Positions 25,838-35,865 of a stretch of DNA of 61,215 bases are shown in pieces. Numbering within the stretch: position 1 is the stretch's first letter; every line of letters begins with the position of its first letter. A program made the translations under genes and the position numbers. The notes under the pieces are model-generated. The model was not told the origin of the DNA and ran no database searches. It was given only the letters and a program-made list of their open reading frames with translations. Source of the stretch: Gemmatimonadota bacterium. Its GTDB lineage: Bacteria; Gemmatimonadota; Gemmatimonadetes; Gemmatimonadales; GWC2-71-9. The DNA lies in the NCBI GenBank assembly GCA_016209985.1, contig JACQVB010000226.1, positions 1-61,215 of the forward strand, given 5' to 3'.

Positions 25838-27235
25838 CTATCGGGTCTTTTGCCTATGTTGAGCGCCCGCTACAGGTTGCCCGGCCATTGAGGAGTGCCA
25901 TATAGTGGCACTTTGATAGCCCGCTGCCGCGGTGAATACCAGATCTTCCCGCCCGCGGGCCGCCATCACCTGCAGCCCAATCGGCAGCCCGTCGGAGGAC
26001 CGTCCGCAGGGAAGGGTCGCCGCGGGGATGCCCGCGAGATTCGCCGGAGACGTCAGTCGGGGGAATTCGGCGAGCAGGGTCGTTTCGCGTCCGTTTAGGT
26101 TGAATGCGGCCGTTCCGATGGGAGTCGGAAGCGCGGGGAGCGTGGCGCCGACGATGACGTCCACCTCGCGGAACGCGTCGTCGAACGAGCGGGAAATGAC
26201 CTCCCGCTGGCGTTCGGCGCGCACCAGTTCCAGCGCCGAAAGCTGGTAACCCCTTTCCAGCCGTTCTCGCACCGCTTTTCCAAAGCCCCCCGGTCGCTCC
26301 TTCAATGCCTGGTCGTGATACGTGACGGCTTCGGCCAGCGTGATCGTGGCCGATGCGCCGTGAGAGTTTTCGATCCCGGAGACCTCGATTTCCTGTATTG
26401 CCGCACCCGCGTCGCGAAAGGTCTGAATGGCCTCGCGGACCGCTCGCTCGATTTCCGGCGCGAGGTCGTGCAGGAAGTACTCGCAGATCCCGATCCGGAT
26501 CTCGCGCACTGGCCGCTCGAGCGCTTTGGCGTATCGATCGCCGGTCCGGCCGCCGACCATCGCCGCCAGCATCATGGCCGCGTCTTCGATGGTTCGGGCA
26601 ATTGGGCCCACATGGTCCAGCGACCAGGAAAGGGGAATGACGTCCTCGGTGGATACCAGGCCGTAGGTCGGCTTGAGTCCGGTGACGCCGCAGCAGGCGG
26701 CCGGAATCCGGATCGAGCCGCGAGTATCCGTCCCCACCGCCAGCGGGCACAGGCCCGCTGCGACCGCGACGGCCGACCCCCCGCTGGAGCCACCCGGCAC
26801 CCGCGAGAGGTCCCACGGGTTTCTCACGGCGCCGAAATGCTCGTTCTCGTTGGTGACGCCGAGGGCGATCTCGTGCAGGTTGGTGCGCCCGACGATGACC
26901 GCCCCCGCCCGCTGCAGCCGGCGGATGACCGGTGCGTCATGGTCGCTGATCAAACCATCGCCGAAGATCCTGGACCCGGCAGTGGTCGGCGCATCCCGGC
27001 CGAGGACCAGGTCCTTGACGGCGATGGGAACGCCGAGCAGCGGTGCCCGCACTCCGCGCGCCAGCCGCCGGTCGGCGGCGCGAGCCTCGTCCAGCGCGCC
27101 GGGATTGATTCCGATGAAGGCGTTGAGCCGGGGGTTGAGCTTCTCGATGCGATCGATCGCTTGCTGGGTCGCTTCCACCGCCGAGATCCGGCCGTCGGCG
27201 ATCGCGCGCGCTAGCTCGATCGCGGAGGTCGTCAT
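25838..27235 (-). CDS. Amidase (amidase signature family)
   Basis: GVPIAVKD, PGGSSGGSA and GTDTRGSIRIPA. Confidence 0.93.
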   Translation of the reverse strand: MTTSAIELARAIADGRISAVEATQQAIDRIEKLNPRLNAFIGINPGALDEARAADRRLARGVRAPLLGVPIAVKDLVLGRDAPTTAGSRIFGDGLISDHDAPVIRRLQRAGAVIVGRTNLHEIALGVTNENEHFGAVRNPWDLSRVPGGSSGGSAVAVAAGLCPLAVGTDTRGSIRIPAACCGVTGLKPTYGLVSTEDVIPLSWSLDHVGPIARTIEDAAMMLAAMVGGRTGDRYAKALERPVREIRIGICEYFLHDLAPEIERAVREAIQTFRDAGAAIQEIEVSGIENSHGASATITLAEAVTYHDQALKERPGGFGKAVRERLERGYQLSALELVRAERQREVISRSFDDAFREVDVIVGATLPALPTPIGTAAFNLNGRETTLLAEFPRLTSPANLAGIPAATLPCGRSSDGLPIGLQVMAARGREDLVFTAAAGYQSATIWHSSMAGQPVAGAQHRQKTR

Positions 27236-28737
27236 GGGGCCTTGAACTCCCCGCCGAAACGATAGTTGACCGTGAGCGCGCCCACCAACCGGGTGTCCGA
27301 GGCGCCAGCCACGTTTCCGCGATTGGCGATGAAGTGCAGGCCCGCGTTCCCGCTCACGTCGAGTTGTTTCGCGATCTGGGTCCGGCCGGCGAATCCGAGC
27401 CGAACGGTCCGTTCGGTCGTACCCACCAACAGGAAGGGATACTTGGGGATGGGAAGCTCGGGCGTCGGCTTGCGCAGGTCTCCTTCACCTTGGAGCAGGA
27501 GCGTCAGCTCGGGTGTCACGACGGTGTGGGGCGCGGGCATCATCGTCGCCGATAGAGTCCACTGGGAGTAGTCGTCGAAATTGCGGGCCAGGCCGATGCC
27601 ATGCCGCGCCCAATAGGTGACCGGTCCTTCGAAGGTGCGATAGGTGATGCTGCTGACCACCGTCCACAGCGCCCGCACGCCCGCGGTTTTCCCCACCGGT
27701 ACGTCCACCAGCAGCGTGCCGGCCAGCCGGTTGGGTGCGGTCTTTGTATGGAACAGCGACAAGTCGTCGATCAGGCCCTGGGCCTGCACCACCACTCCGC
27801 TCGGGAGGCGGAGCCAGAGATCACCGGAGACGACGGTATTGGCGGAATCCGCGAGTTGATCGTCCTCGCGGCTGAACACGGCGAGCCGGGTCGGATTCAG
27901 GAACCAGGTCGCCCCGGTGGGACCGTCCCTCCTCCAGAGCGTCCCCTGACCTAGCACCCCGGTCATCCAGGGCCAGATCTTGAACACGAACCGGTGTGCG
28001 GACCACCAGCGATGTTGCAGGGTGCCAGCGGCGCCCGGGAGGTCGTCGAGCTGGCCGATGACCGACTCAACCCGGAAGTGAGGCACGCCGAGTCGCAGAT
28101 AGAAGTGATCGTAGGAGTAGGGGCTGGAAGAGAGCACCAGGCCCTCGATTCCGGGCGGGCCCCAGTTGCGATCCACCGATCCGTAAGCCACCTGGGCGTA
28201 TTTCGGTTCGAGGCTCACATACGCGTTGGTGAACCGGAACGCGAACGGCTGGGTCTTGTCGCCGGGGTAGTCGGGGTCGAAGCGGAGGCGGCGATCGAAA
28301 AACGGCTCGCTCGACATGCTGAGCGGGCCCATGGCCGTCCAGATCTCCATGCCGGTTTGCCAACTCACATACTTGTTGCCGTCTTCTCGCAGCGGATCGC
28401 GGCGGGCAAAGGTGCCGGCCGACGGTCCCGCATAGAAATGGAGTCCGACCACGGGGCCGTCGTGTTTTGGCGAGAGGGCCCGGTCGAGCTTCCGCACGGT
28501 GGCGCGGATCGACCGGGGCGCCTCGCTGGTGTCGGCGGCGCGGACGGCGGAAAGCACGTCGGCGCGGCGAAGGGGGCGGGTGAGCGGGTCTGGATCGCGA
28601 ATGATGCCCGCGCGGATCAAGTGCTCCACGTAGGGCATTTCCCAGGCCCCGAGCGGCAGGTATGCCGATCCTTGCTGGGCCGACGCCGGCCGCGGCAGCA
28701 ACCCGATCGCTAAGAGTAGGGCGACAAAAGTTCGCAC
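27232..28737 (-). CDS. Outer-membrane protein, capsule assembly Wzi-like
   Basis: Signal peptide, GSVDRNWGP...LVLS motif and beta-strand-rich C-terminus. Confidence 0.6.
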   Translation of the reverse strand: MRTFVALLLAIGLLPRPASAQQGSAYLPLGAWEMPYVEHLIRAGIIRDPDPLTRPLRRADVLSAVRAADTSEAPRSIRATVRKLDRALSPKHDGPVVGLHFYAGPSAGTFARRDPLREDGNKYVSWQTGMEIWTAMGPLSMSSEPFFDRRLRFDPDYPGDKTQPFAFRFTNAYVSLEPKYAQVAYGSVDRNWGPPGIEGLVLSSSPYSYDHFYLRLGVPHFRVESVIGQLDDLPGAAGTLQHRWWSAHRFVFKIWPWMTGVLGQGTLWRRDGPTGATWFLNPTRLAVFSREDDQLADSANTVVSGDLWLRLPSGVVVQAQGLIDDLSLFHTKTAPNRLAGTLLVDVPVGKTAGVRALWTVVSSITYRTFEGPVTYWARHGIGLARNFDDYSQWTLSATMMPAPHTVVTPELTLLLQGEGDLRKPTPELPIPKYPFLLVGTTERTVRLGFAGRTQIAKQLDVSGNAGLHFIANRGNVAGASDTRLVGALTVNYRFGGEFKAP

Positions 28738-28800
28738 GATGCCCCAATCTAAGCAGGGCTACCATCGGTTCTTCAACCGGGCTACTGTTCCGCCGCATCG

Positions 28801-29796
28801 GTGGCCACGCTGCGCATAGAATCGTTTCGCGGCTCCCACATGGAGTCGGTACACGCAGTATCGGCGGTCGTCGTCGACGCCGCGGGTCCCCTCGTGGCTC
28901 ATGCGGGTGATACCGCGTTTCCCACCTTTCTCCGTTCCGCCGCAAAACCCTTTCAGGCTCTGCCGCTGGTGCAGGACGGCGTCGTCGATCGTTTCCACCT
29001 GACGACCGCGGAGCTTGCGCTCTGCTGCGCGTCACACAACTCGGAGTCCGGGCACATCGCGGGAGTGCGGCGGCTGCTCGAAAAGATCGGTTGCCGCGAA
29101 GCCGATCTGGCCTGCGGTCCGCACCGGCCACTGTGGCGGGACATGGCGCTGGCTTCGCGGGTGGCCGATCTCACCGAAGCGCCGCGTACATCGATCGCCA
29201 GCAATTGTTCGGGAAAACACGCGGGGATGCTGGCCCTGGCGCGGCACCATGGATGGCCGACCGCCGGCTATCACGCCGACGGCCATCCGGTTCAGGAGCG
29301 TTGTCACCAGGAGGTCGCGCGCTGGGCCAGCCTGCCGCCCGGAGCAGTCGGGGTCGCGGTAGACGGTTGTGGCGTGAATTGCTTCTCCATCCCGCTCGAC
29401 CGGATGGCGCTCGCCTTTGCGCGACTGGCGACCTCCGAGGAACCGGCGGCGCGGGCCGTCGTGCAAGCCATGACCAACCATCCCGGTCTGGTCGCCGGCC
29501 GGGGACGGCTCTGTACCGAGTTGATGGCCGCCTATCCGGGCCGGGTGCTGGCCAAGGTCGGCGCGGAGGGTGTCTACGGCGCCGCGCTGCTCGAGCAAGG
29601 ACTGGGTATCGCGATCAAGGTGGAGGACGGCGACTCCTGGGCGTCGGCCGTCGCCCTCATTGCCGTACTCGATGCGCTGAAACTCGATCCCTCGCCCCGG
29701 TCGACCCTGTCCGATTTTGCCGAGCTCCCCATCCGGAACACCCGAGGGGAAACCACCGGCGCAATCCGTGCTACCGGATCGCTCACGTTCAAATGA
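28801..29796 (+). CDS. L-asparaginase II (Rhizobium AnsA-type)
   Basis: RSAAKPFQA, CASH, NCSGKHAGML, DGCG and AKVGAEGV. Confidence 0.92.
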   Translation: MATLRIESFRGSHMESVHAVSAVVVDAAGPLVAHAGDTAFPTFLRSAAKPFQALPLVQDGVVDRFHLTTAELALCCASHNSESGHIAGVRRLLEKIGCREADLACGPHRPLWRDMALASRVADLTEAPRTSIASNCSGKHAGMLALARHHGWPTAGYHADGHPVQERCHQEVARWASLPPGAVGVAVDGCGVNCFSIPLDRMALAFARLATSEEPAARAVVQAMTNHPGLVAGRGRLCTELMAAYPGRVLAKVGAEGVYGAALLEQGLGIAIKVEDGDSWASAVALIAVLDALKLDPSPRSTLSDFAELPIRNTRGETTGAIRATGSLTFK

Positions 29797-29885
29797 TCCT
29801 CCGCGCGACGATTTGATCCGTCGGGCCTGTCCGCTCGGTAATAACTTTCATTCCGAATGAATGCCATCCGGAATGTCAGGACCGC

Positions 29886-29931
29886 TCTCTCGTCCCCCTC
29901 TCCCGTAAGGGAGAGGGGACAGGGGTGAGGG
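29886..29931. repeat. REP-like palindrome abutting the obgE start
   Basis: gtccccctctcccgtaagggagaggggacaggggtgagggg followed by the GTG. Confidence 0.85.
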
Positions 29932-30951
29932 GTGACGTTCATCGATCGCGCCGTCATCCGCGTCACCGCGGGAACCGGTGGGTCAGGCGCCGAGTCTTTC
30001 CGGCGGGAGATGTTCGTTCCTCGGGGTGGCCCCGACGGCGGTGATGGCGGCCATGGCGGCAGCATCTACGTGCGCGCCGATTCCCAACTCTCCACCCTGC
30101 TGGACTACCAGTACCGCACCCACTTCAAGGCGCCGCGCGGCCAACATGGGCAGGGATCCAACCGCACCGGCCGCTCGGGTGAGGATATCTACCTGCCCGT
30201 TCCGCTGGGTACTGAAGTGCGCGACCACGCCAGCGGCGAGCTCTTGAAGGAAGTGCTCAGGCCTGCCGACGTCGTGCTGGTCGCCAAAGGCGGGCGCGGG
30301 GGCCGGGGCAACGCGCGGTTTGCCACGCCCACGCATCAAGCACCGCGCGAGTGGGAGCGCGGGGAAGAAGGTCAGGATCGCACCATCGAGCTGGTCCTCA
30401 AACTGATCGCGGACGTCGGCTTGCTGGGCCAGCCCAATGCGGGAAAGAGCACGCTGCTCTCCGTCGTCTCGGCGGCCCGGCCAAAAATCGCCGACTACCC
30501 CTTCACCACGCTCGAACCCCAGCTCGGCGTGGTGGCGTTGCCCGATAGCCGGAGCTTCGTGATGGCCGACATACCCGGCATCATCGAGGGAGCCCATCGG
30601 GGAAAGGGGCTGGGAGACAAGTTTTTGCAACATGTGGAGCGCACCCGGGTGCTCGCGCTTCTCGTCCCGCTCGACGCCGATGACCCGCAGGCCGTCTACG
30701 ATCTGCTGCGGCGCGAGGCCGCAGCCTACGATCCAGCGCTCGCGGGCAAGCCCCATATCGTCGTCTTCACCAAGCTCGATCTTCTGCCGTCCGCTGCGAC
30801 GGTTCCCCTACTCCACGCACCCGAGGCCCTGGACGTGTTGGCGATCTCGGCCGTAGCTCGCCGCGGCCTGGACGAGATCAAGGAACGCCTGTGGCAGCTG
30901 GTGACCGAGGCAAGAACGCTTGCCGCCGACTTCGACGCCGGTGTGCCGTAG
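29932..30951 (+). CDS. obgE: GTPase ObgE/CgtA
   Basis: FIDRA, GGPDGGDGG, GQPNAGKST, DYPFTT and DIPG. Confidence 0.97.
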   Translation: MTFIDRAVIRVTAGTGGSGAESFRREMFVPRGGPDGGDGGHGGSIYVRADSQLSTLLDYQYRTHFKAPRGQHGQGSNRTGRSGEDIYLPVPLGTEVRDHASGELLKEVLRPADVVLVAKGGRGGRGNARFATPTHQAPREWERGEEGQDRTIELVLKLIADVGLLGQPNAGKSTLLSVVSAARPKIADYPFTTLEPQLGVVALPDSRSFVMADIPGIIEGAHRGKGLGDKFLQHVERTRVLALLVPLDADDPQAVYDLLRREAAAYDPALAGKPHIVVFTKLDLLPSAATVPLLHAPEALDVLAISAVARRGLDEIKERLWQLVTEARTLAADFDAGVP

Positions 30952-30952
30952 C

Positions 30953-32059
30953 ATGGATTCGGACGCCGCCGCGTACGTTTCGCTCGCCCTGGTCCCCGGG
31001 GTGGGAAGGGCTCGTCTGCAGGCGCTGCTCGCCGCGTTCGAGACTGCCCCGGCGGTGCTCGCGGCCGATCGAGCAGCGCTCAGCCGCATACCCGGAATCA
31101 GCCCGGCATGTGCCACGGCCATCACCTGCGCCACGCCCGCCGCGGGGGGACGGATCCTATCCCAGGCTGCCGAGCAGGGAGCGGTCACCCTGATCCCGGA
31201 CGATTCGCGATTCCCTGGAGCGCTGCGGGAAATCCCCGACGCGCCGACGTTGTTGTTCGGCCTTGGCAACCTGGCCCTGCTGGATTCTCCCGGCGTGGCG
31301 ATCGTCGGAAGCAGAGTACACAGCCGCTATGGTGCGGAGGTCTGCCGGCACTTCGCCGCGGGCGCGGCGCGCCGCGGTGTCACCGTCGTTTCCGGCATGG
31401 CTCGGGGTCTCGATGCCGTGGCGCACACAGCCGCGCTCGATGCTGGCGGCGGCACGATCGGGGTTCTGGGCAACGGTATCGGCGTCATCTATCCATCCGC
31501 CAACCGCGAGCTCTACCGGCGCATGAGCGCGGAAGGATGCCTGCTGACCGAGTTCCCACCGGGCGAACGACCCAACGCCGGAAGCTTCCCCCGTCGCAAC
31601 CGCCTGATCAGCGGTCTCGCGCGCGCTACGGTGGTCGTGGAGGCTCGCGATGGATCCGGTGCGCTGATCACGGCTGATTGCGCGCTCGCCCAGGGCCGCG
31701 AGGTCCTCGCCGTCCCGGGCCCCATCACCAGTCCCACCTCCAACGGTTGCAACCGCCTCATTCAGATGGGCGCCAAGCCCGCGCTCGGCTTGCGCGACGT
31801 ATTCGAAGAGCTGGGAATGACGTATGACGACTCCGCGCCTTCCATCAGCCTTCCCGGTGGCCTCACCGATCCCGAGCGCCGGGCGCTCGATGCGCTGAGC
31901 GTCGAGGCAGAGCATGTGGATGACCTGGCGGCGCGCCTGAAGATGGGCGCGTCCGAAGTCCTGGCGGTGCTGACGTCATTGGAGATCCGCGGGTTGGTCA
32001 CTCAGCTTCCCGGAAAGACCTTCCGGCGTGCGGACGGCTCGTTCCAGCTGGCGGAATAG
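30953..32059 (+). CDS. dprA: DNA-processing protein DprA
   Basis: AIVGSR, VSGMARGLD, FPRRNRLISGL and SGALITA. Confidence 0.95.
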   Translation: MDSDAAAYVSLALVPGVGRARLQALLAAFETAPAVLAADRAALSRIPGISPACATAITCATPAAGGRILSQAAEQGAVTLIPDDSRFPGALREIPDAPTLLFGLGNLALLDSPGVAIVGSRVHSRYGAEVCRHFAAGAARRGVTVVSGMARGLDAVAHTAALDAGGGTIGVLGNGIGVIYPSANRELYRRMSAEGCLLTEFPPGERPNAGSFPRRNRLISGLARATVVVEARDGSGALITADCALAQGREVLAVPGPITSPTSNGCNRLIQMGAKPALGLRDVFEELGMTYDDSAPSISLPGGLTDPERRALDALSVEAEHVDDLAARLKMGASEVLAVLTSLEIRGLVTQLPGKTFRRADGSFQLAE

Positions 32060-32060
32060 G

Positions 32061-32094
32061 CTTTTCTCTTTTCCCTTTTCTCGTTTCCCGCTTT
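32061..32094. repeat. Unpaired 7-mer (CTTTTCY) array
   Basis: cttttct cttttcc cttttct cgtttcc cgcttt. Confidence 0.7.
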
Positions 32095-32104
32095 GTTTCG
32101 TGTT

Positions 32105-33244
32105 GTGAAACACATCTACATCCACGTTCCCTTCTGCACTCGCCGCTGCAGCTACTGCGATTTCTCCATCGCGGTTCGCAAGAGCGTGCCGGCCAATCGC
32201 TATGTCGCGGCGATCACGGCGGAGCTCGAACACCACCGCACCGGTGGAACCTGGGAAGAAGCGCCGATGGAAACGCTCTATTTCGGTGGCGGAACACCCT
32301 CATTGTTACCCTCGGACCAGGTTGCGGCTCTCATCGGGCTTCTTGCACCCGGTGCCCGACGGCCGACGGCCGGTAGCTCCGTTCCGGAGATCACCCTCGA
32401 GGCAAATCCCGACGACGTGACCGCCGCTGCCGCCGCTGCGTGGGCTGCAGCTGGCGTGACCCGCATATCCCTGGGCGCCCAGTCATTTGATCCCCGGGTC
32501 CTGCAGTGGATGCACCGCACCCATGACGTCGCCGCGATATCGCGAGCGGCTCAGACCCTGCGCTCTGCCGGCATCCGGGAAATCTCCCTCGACCTCATTT
32601 TCGGTCTGCCGGAAGAGCTTGCTCCCGAGGTCCGGCGTGATCTGGAGGCCGCGCTTGAGTTGCAGCCGGATCACCTCTCGGTGTATGGCCTCTCGATCGA
32701 GTCGCGCACCCCCTTGGCGCGTTGGGTCTCCCGGGGAGCGACATCGGTGCCGTCCGATGAGCGCTACGCGCGGGAGTTCCTGCTGGCACATGAGGTCCTC
32801 ACCGCCGCGGGATTCGAGCACTACGAGGTTTCCAACTACGCTCGTCCAGGTCACCGCAGCCGCCATAACAGCATGTACTGGACGGGAAGTGAATTCGTGG
32901 GGTTGGGACCCGCCGCGCACTCCTACCGGCACGGGGAGCGAAGCTGGAACCTGCCGGCCTGGGCAGCTTACGAGCGAGCCCTTGCCGCCGGAGCCAATCC
33001 CACCGCTGACCGGGAACGCCTGACGGATGCTCAGCGAGCGGTCGAGCGCATCTATCTCGGTTTGCGTACGACCGAAGGCCTCGAGAAGCCCCACTGGCGG
33101 GTTGCGAACCCGCGGCTCGAGGGCCGGTGGAAAGACCAGGGCTGGGTGGTGGAGACTGCCGACCGGTACCGTCTCAGCGCCGAGGGCTGGCTTCGGCTCG
33201 ATGAGATCGCCTCGGTCTTGACCACCTCGGTCGATGGTGGCTAA
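32105..33244 (+). CDS. hemW: Radical SAM heme chaperone HemW
   Basis: HIYIHVPFCTRRCSYCDF, FGGGTPS and HYEVSNYA; lies upstream of hrcA. Confidence 0.92.
   Translation: MKHIYIHVPFCTRRCSYCDFSIAVRKSVPANRYVAAITAELEHHRTGGTWEEAPMETLYFGGGTPSLLPSDQVAALIGLLAPGARRPTAGSSVPEITLEANPDDVTAAAAAAWAAAGVTRISLGAQSFDPRVLQWMHRTHDVAAISRAAQTLRSAGIREISLDLIFGLPEELAPEVRRDLEAALELQPDHLSVYGLSIESRTPLARWVSRGATSVPSDERYAREFLLAHEVLTAAGFEHYEVSNYARPGHRSRHNSMYWTGSEFVGLGPAAHSYRHGERSWNLPAWAAYERALAAGANPTADRERLTDAQRAVERIYLGLRTTEGLEKPHWRVANPRLEGRWKDQGWVVETADRYRLSAEGWLRLDEIASVLTTSVDGG
32349..32376. repeat. In-frame 7-mer (CCGACGG-type) array in hemW
   Basis: ccggtgc ccgacgg ccgacgg ccggtag, encoding PGARRPTAGS before EITLEANP. Confidence 0.55.
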
Positions 33245-33247
33245 ATT
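33218..33247 (+). promoter_or_regulatory. hrcA promoter with CIRCE-like inverted repeat
   Basis: TTGACC-18-TAAATT; TTGACCACC-N9-GGTGGCTAA has CIRCE geometry but a divergent sequence. Confidence 0.5.
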
Positions 33248-33270
33248 GCTGTCACACCGAGAGTTGGGGC

Positions 33271-34305
33271 ATGACAAACGTAGAACTTACTGAACGCGAA
33301 CGAAAGGTCCTGGAAGCGGTTATCGAGTCGTACGTCCTGACCGCAGAACCGGCAGGCTCCCGCACGATTGCCCGCCGTTTTCCCCTGGGCGTCTCTGCCG
33401 CGACGATCCGTAACACGATGAGCGACCTCGAGGAGCGCGGTTACCTCTACCATCCGCACACCTCGGCCGGTCGTATCCCTACGGATCGCGCCTATCGGGT
33501 CTATGTCGACGGCCTGGTGCCCACCCGGCCGCATCCCGAGGACGAGTCTGCCCTGCATCGGGAGCTTCGGGTCGAGAACACCCCGATCGAGGAAATCCTG
33601 CAGAAGGCGGCACAGGTCCTGGGCGTGCTGACGCATGAGCTCGGACTCGCGGTCGGGCCTTCGTTGGATCATGCGGTCCTCGAGCGTCTCGAGCTCATTC
33701 AGGTTTCCAGCGAGCGACTCCTGCTCGTGCTCGCGTTATCGGGCGGCCTGGCGCGTACGATCTTCGTGGAAGTCGCGAGTGTGCTCCCCCGCGAGGCGGT
33801 CGCCAGCGTCGGAGCCGTGCTGCACGACCGGCTGGCGGGTCTCTCCCTGCGCGAGATCCGAACTACATTGCGCGAGCGGCTGCGCGACAGTGGCGGCGCC
33901 CGGGGCGAGACCGAGCTGCTGAACATCTTCATTGAAGAGGCGGACCATCTGTTCGATCTGCCGGATGGCAGTGACAAGCCGGTGCTTCTCGGAAGCGCCG
34001 CGCTGCTCGCCGAGCAGCCGGAATTCAGCTCCAACGAGCAGATGCGAACTCTCCTCGAGCTCACCGAACGCCGCGATTTGTTGCGCGATGCCCTCCGCGC
34101 GCGTCGAGGTCCCGGGCTCACGGTGAGCATCGGCGGGGAGAACATGGATCCGCGGTTGAATGCGTTTACGATCGTGACGTCGAGCTACGTGTACGGTGCA
34201 GTGGCGGGCGTGATTGGCGTGATGGGTCCCACCCGCATGCCGTATCAGAAGATCGTTGCGCTGGTGGAGCATACCAGTCGCCTCATGGGCGACCTCCTGC
34301 GGTAG
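33271..34305 (+). CDS. hrcA: Heat-inducible transcription repressor HrcA
   Basis: SAATIRNTMSDLE, PHTSAGRIPT and GPTRMPY. Confidence 0.96.
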   Translation: MTNVELTERERKVLEAVIESYVLTAEPAGSRTIARRFPLGVSAATIRNTMSDLEERGYLYHPHTSAGRIPTDRAYRVYVDGLVPTRPHPEDESALHRELRVENTPIEEILQKAAQVLGVLTHELGLAVGPSLDHAVLERLELIQVSSERLLLVLALSGGLARTIFVEVASVLPREAVASVGAVLHDRLAGLSLREIRTTLRERLRDSGGARGETELLNIFIEEADHLFDLPDGSDKPVLLGSAALLAEQPEFSSNEQMRTLLELTERRDLLRDALRARRGPGLTVSIGGENMDPRLNAFTIVTSSYVYGAVAGVIGVMGPTRMPYQKIVALVEHTSRLMGDLLR

Positions 34306-34323
34306 CGGCGACGCCGCACCCAT

Positions 34324-35466
34324 ATGGCGCGCGACTTCTACGACGTCCTCGGCGTCCCCCGCGACGCGACGGAAGGCGACCTCAAGAAAGCCTACCGCAA
34401 GCTGGCTATGCAGTACCACCCCGACCGCAACAACGGTGACCGGACCGCGGAAGAGCGCTTCAAGGAAGTCACCGAGGCTTACGAGGTGCTGCGCGATGCC
34501 GACAAGCGGGCCCGCTACGACCGCTACGGCACCGCCGGGTTGAGTGGCCCGTCGGCCGGTTGGCACCACTTCGATCTTTCCGAAGCGTTGTCGGTGTTCA
34601 TGCGCGACTTCGGCGGCATGGGTGGCTTCGACGGGATCTTCGGAGGCGGGGAGCGGGCCCGGCGGGCGCGGCAGCGGGGGCAAGACGTGCAGATCGTTCT
34701 GCGACTCACCTTGGCGGAGGTGGCGAAGGGCGTAACCCGCAAGGTCAAGCTCAAGACGATCGACACCTGCCAGCGCTGCAAGGGTCGCGGCACCGCCGAT
34801 GGCAGCACCCCCGAGCGCTGCGGCACGTGCGGCGGGTCGGGCGAAGTGCGCCGGGCCACCCAGTCGTTCTTCGGCCAGTTCGTCTCCGTCGTGCCTTGTC
34901 CCGGTTGTGGCGGAGAAGGAACCGTCATCCGGAAACCGTGCCCAGACTGCCGCGGTGAGGGGCGGGTAAGGGTCGACAAGACGGTGGAGGTCGAAGTCCC
35001 GGGGGGCATTTCCTCCAACAATTATCTAACGCTCCGCGGCCAGGGCGCCGTTGGGCCGCGTGGGGGGCCCCGGGGCGACCTGTTGGTGGGCATCGAGGTG
35101 GAGGACGATCCCCGCTTCGAGCGTAGCGGCGACGACGTCATTTACGAGCTGCTGATTTCTTTCAGCCAGGCCGCGTTGGGCGGCGCATTTGCGGTGCCGA
35201 CGCCCGAAGGGGAAGCGGCCGAGGTCCAGGTGCGCGCGGGAATGCAGTCGGGAAGCGTCATTACGTTGCGCGGGAAGGGACTTCCCAGCGTGAGCCATGG
35301 CCGCCGGGGCGACTTGCATGTGCGCCTGCATGTCTGGACTCCCACCGAGCTCTCGCCCGAACAGGAAGAGCTGTTCCGCCGGCTGGCGTCCCTGGAAGGC
35401 AAGCCGCCCCAGACCGACGGCAGCGCGCGCCGGCTGTGGGATCGCATGAAGGAAGCCTTGGGGTGA
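34324..35466 (+). CDS. dnaJ: Chaperone DnaJ
   Basis: J domain HPD and four CxxCxGxG repeats. Confidence 0.97.
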   Translation: MARDFYDVLGVPRDATEGDLKKAYRKLAMQYHPDRNNGDRTAEERFKEVTEAYEVLRDADKRARYDRYGTAGLSGPSAGWHHFDLSEALSVFMRDFGGMGGFDGIFGGGERARRARQRGQDVQIVLRLTLAEVAKGVTRKVKLKTIDTCQRCKGRGTADGSTPERCGTCGGSGEVRRATQSFFGQFVSVVPCPGCGGEGTVIRKPCPDCRGEGRVRVDKTVEVEVPGGISSNNYLTLRGQGAVGPRGGPRGDLLVGIEVEDDPRFERSGDDVIYELLISFSQAALGGAFAVPTPEGEAAEVQVRAGMQSGSVITLRGKGLPSVSHGRRGDLHVRLHVWTPTELSPEQEELFRRLASLEGKPPQTDGSARRLWDRMKEALG

Positions 35467-35804
35467 TGACCGGCTGCCTGTTCTGCCGCATCGCCGGGGG
35501 GGAGATTCCTTCCACGGTCGTCCAGCAGGACGACCGTTTCTATGCGTTCCGCGACATCGATCCCAAGGCCCCGGTCCACGTCCTGGCCATTCCCCGGGAA
35601 CACATCGCCTCGCTCAACGATGTGCGTGGCGTGGACCAGGTCGGCGGCCTGTTGTTGTTCGCCCGCGACGTCGCCCGGTCCCTCGGGCTCTCGGAGCGCG
35701 GCTATCGCGTGGTCTTGAACACCAACGCGGACGGCGGGCAGACCGTTTTCCACTTGCATGTCCACGTTCTTGGTGGCAGGGCCATGCAATGGCCGCCGGG
35801 GTAG
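35466..35804 (+). CDS. Histidine triad nucleotide-binding protein
   Basis: CLFCRI and GQTVFHLHVHVLGG. Confidence 0.93.
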   Translation: MTGCLFCRIAGGEIPSTVVQQDDRFYAFRDIDPKAPVHVLAIPREHIASLNDVRGVDQVGGLLLFARDVARSLGLSERGYRVVLNTNADGGQTVFHLHVHVLGGRAMQWPPG

Positions 35805-35865
35805 CGCCTCTACCAGCAAGATTGTTCGCGACCTAGCTTCCGGGACCCCCAGGAGGCTGTCGCAC

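Noticed and set aside
25838-27235. gatA
   Set aside because: Amidase signature is present, but no gatB or gatC is adjacent and the sequence looks like a generic amidase
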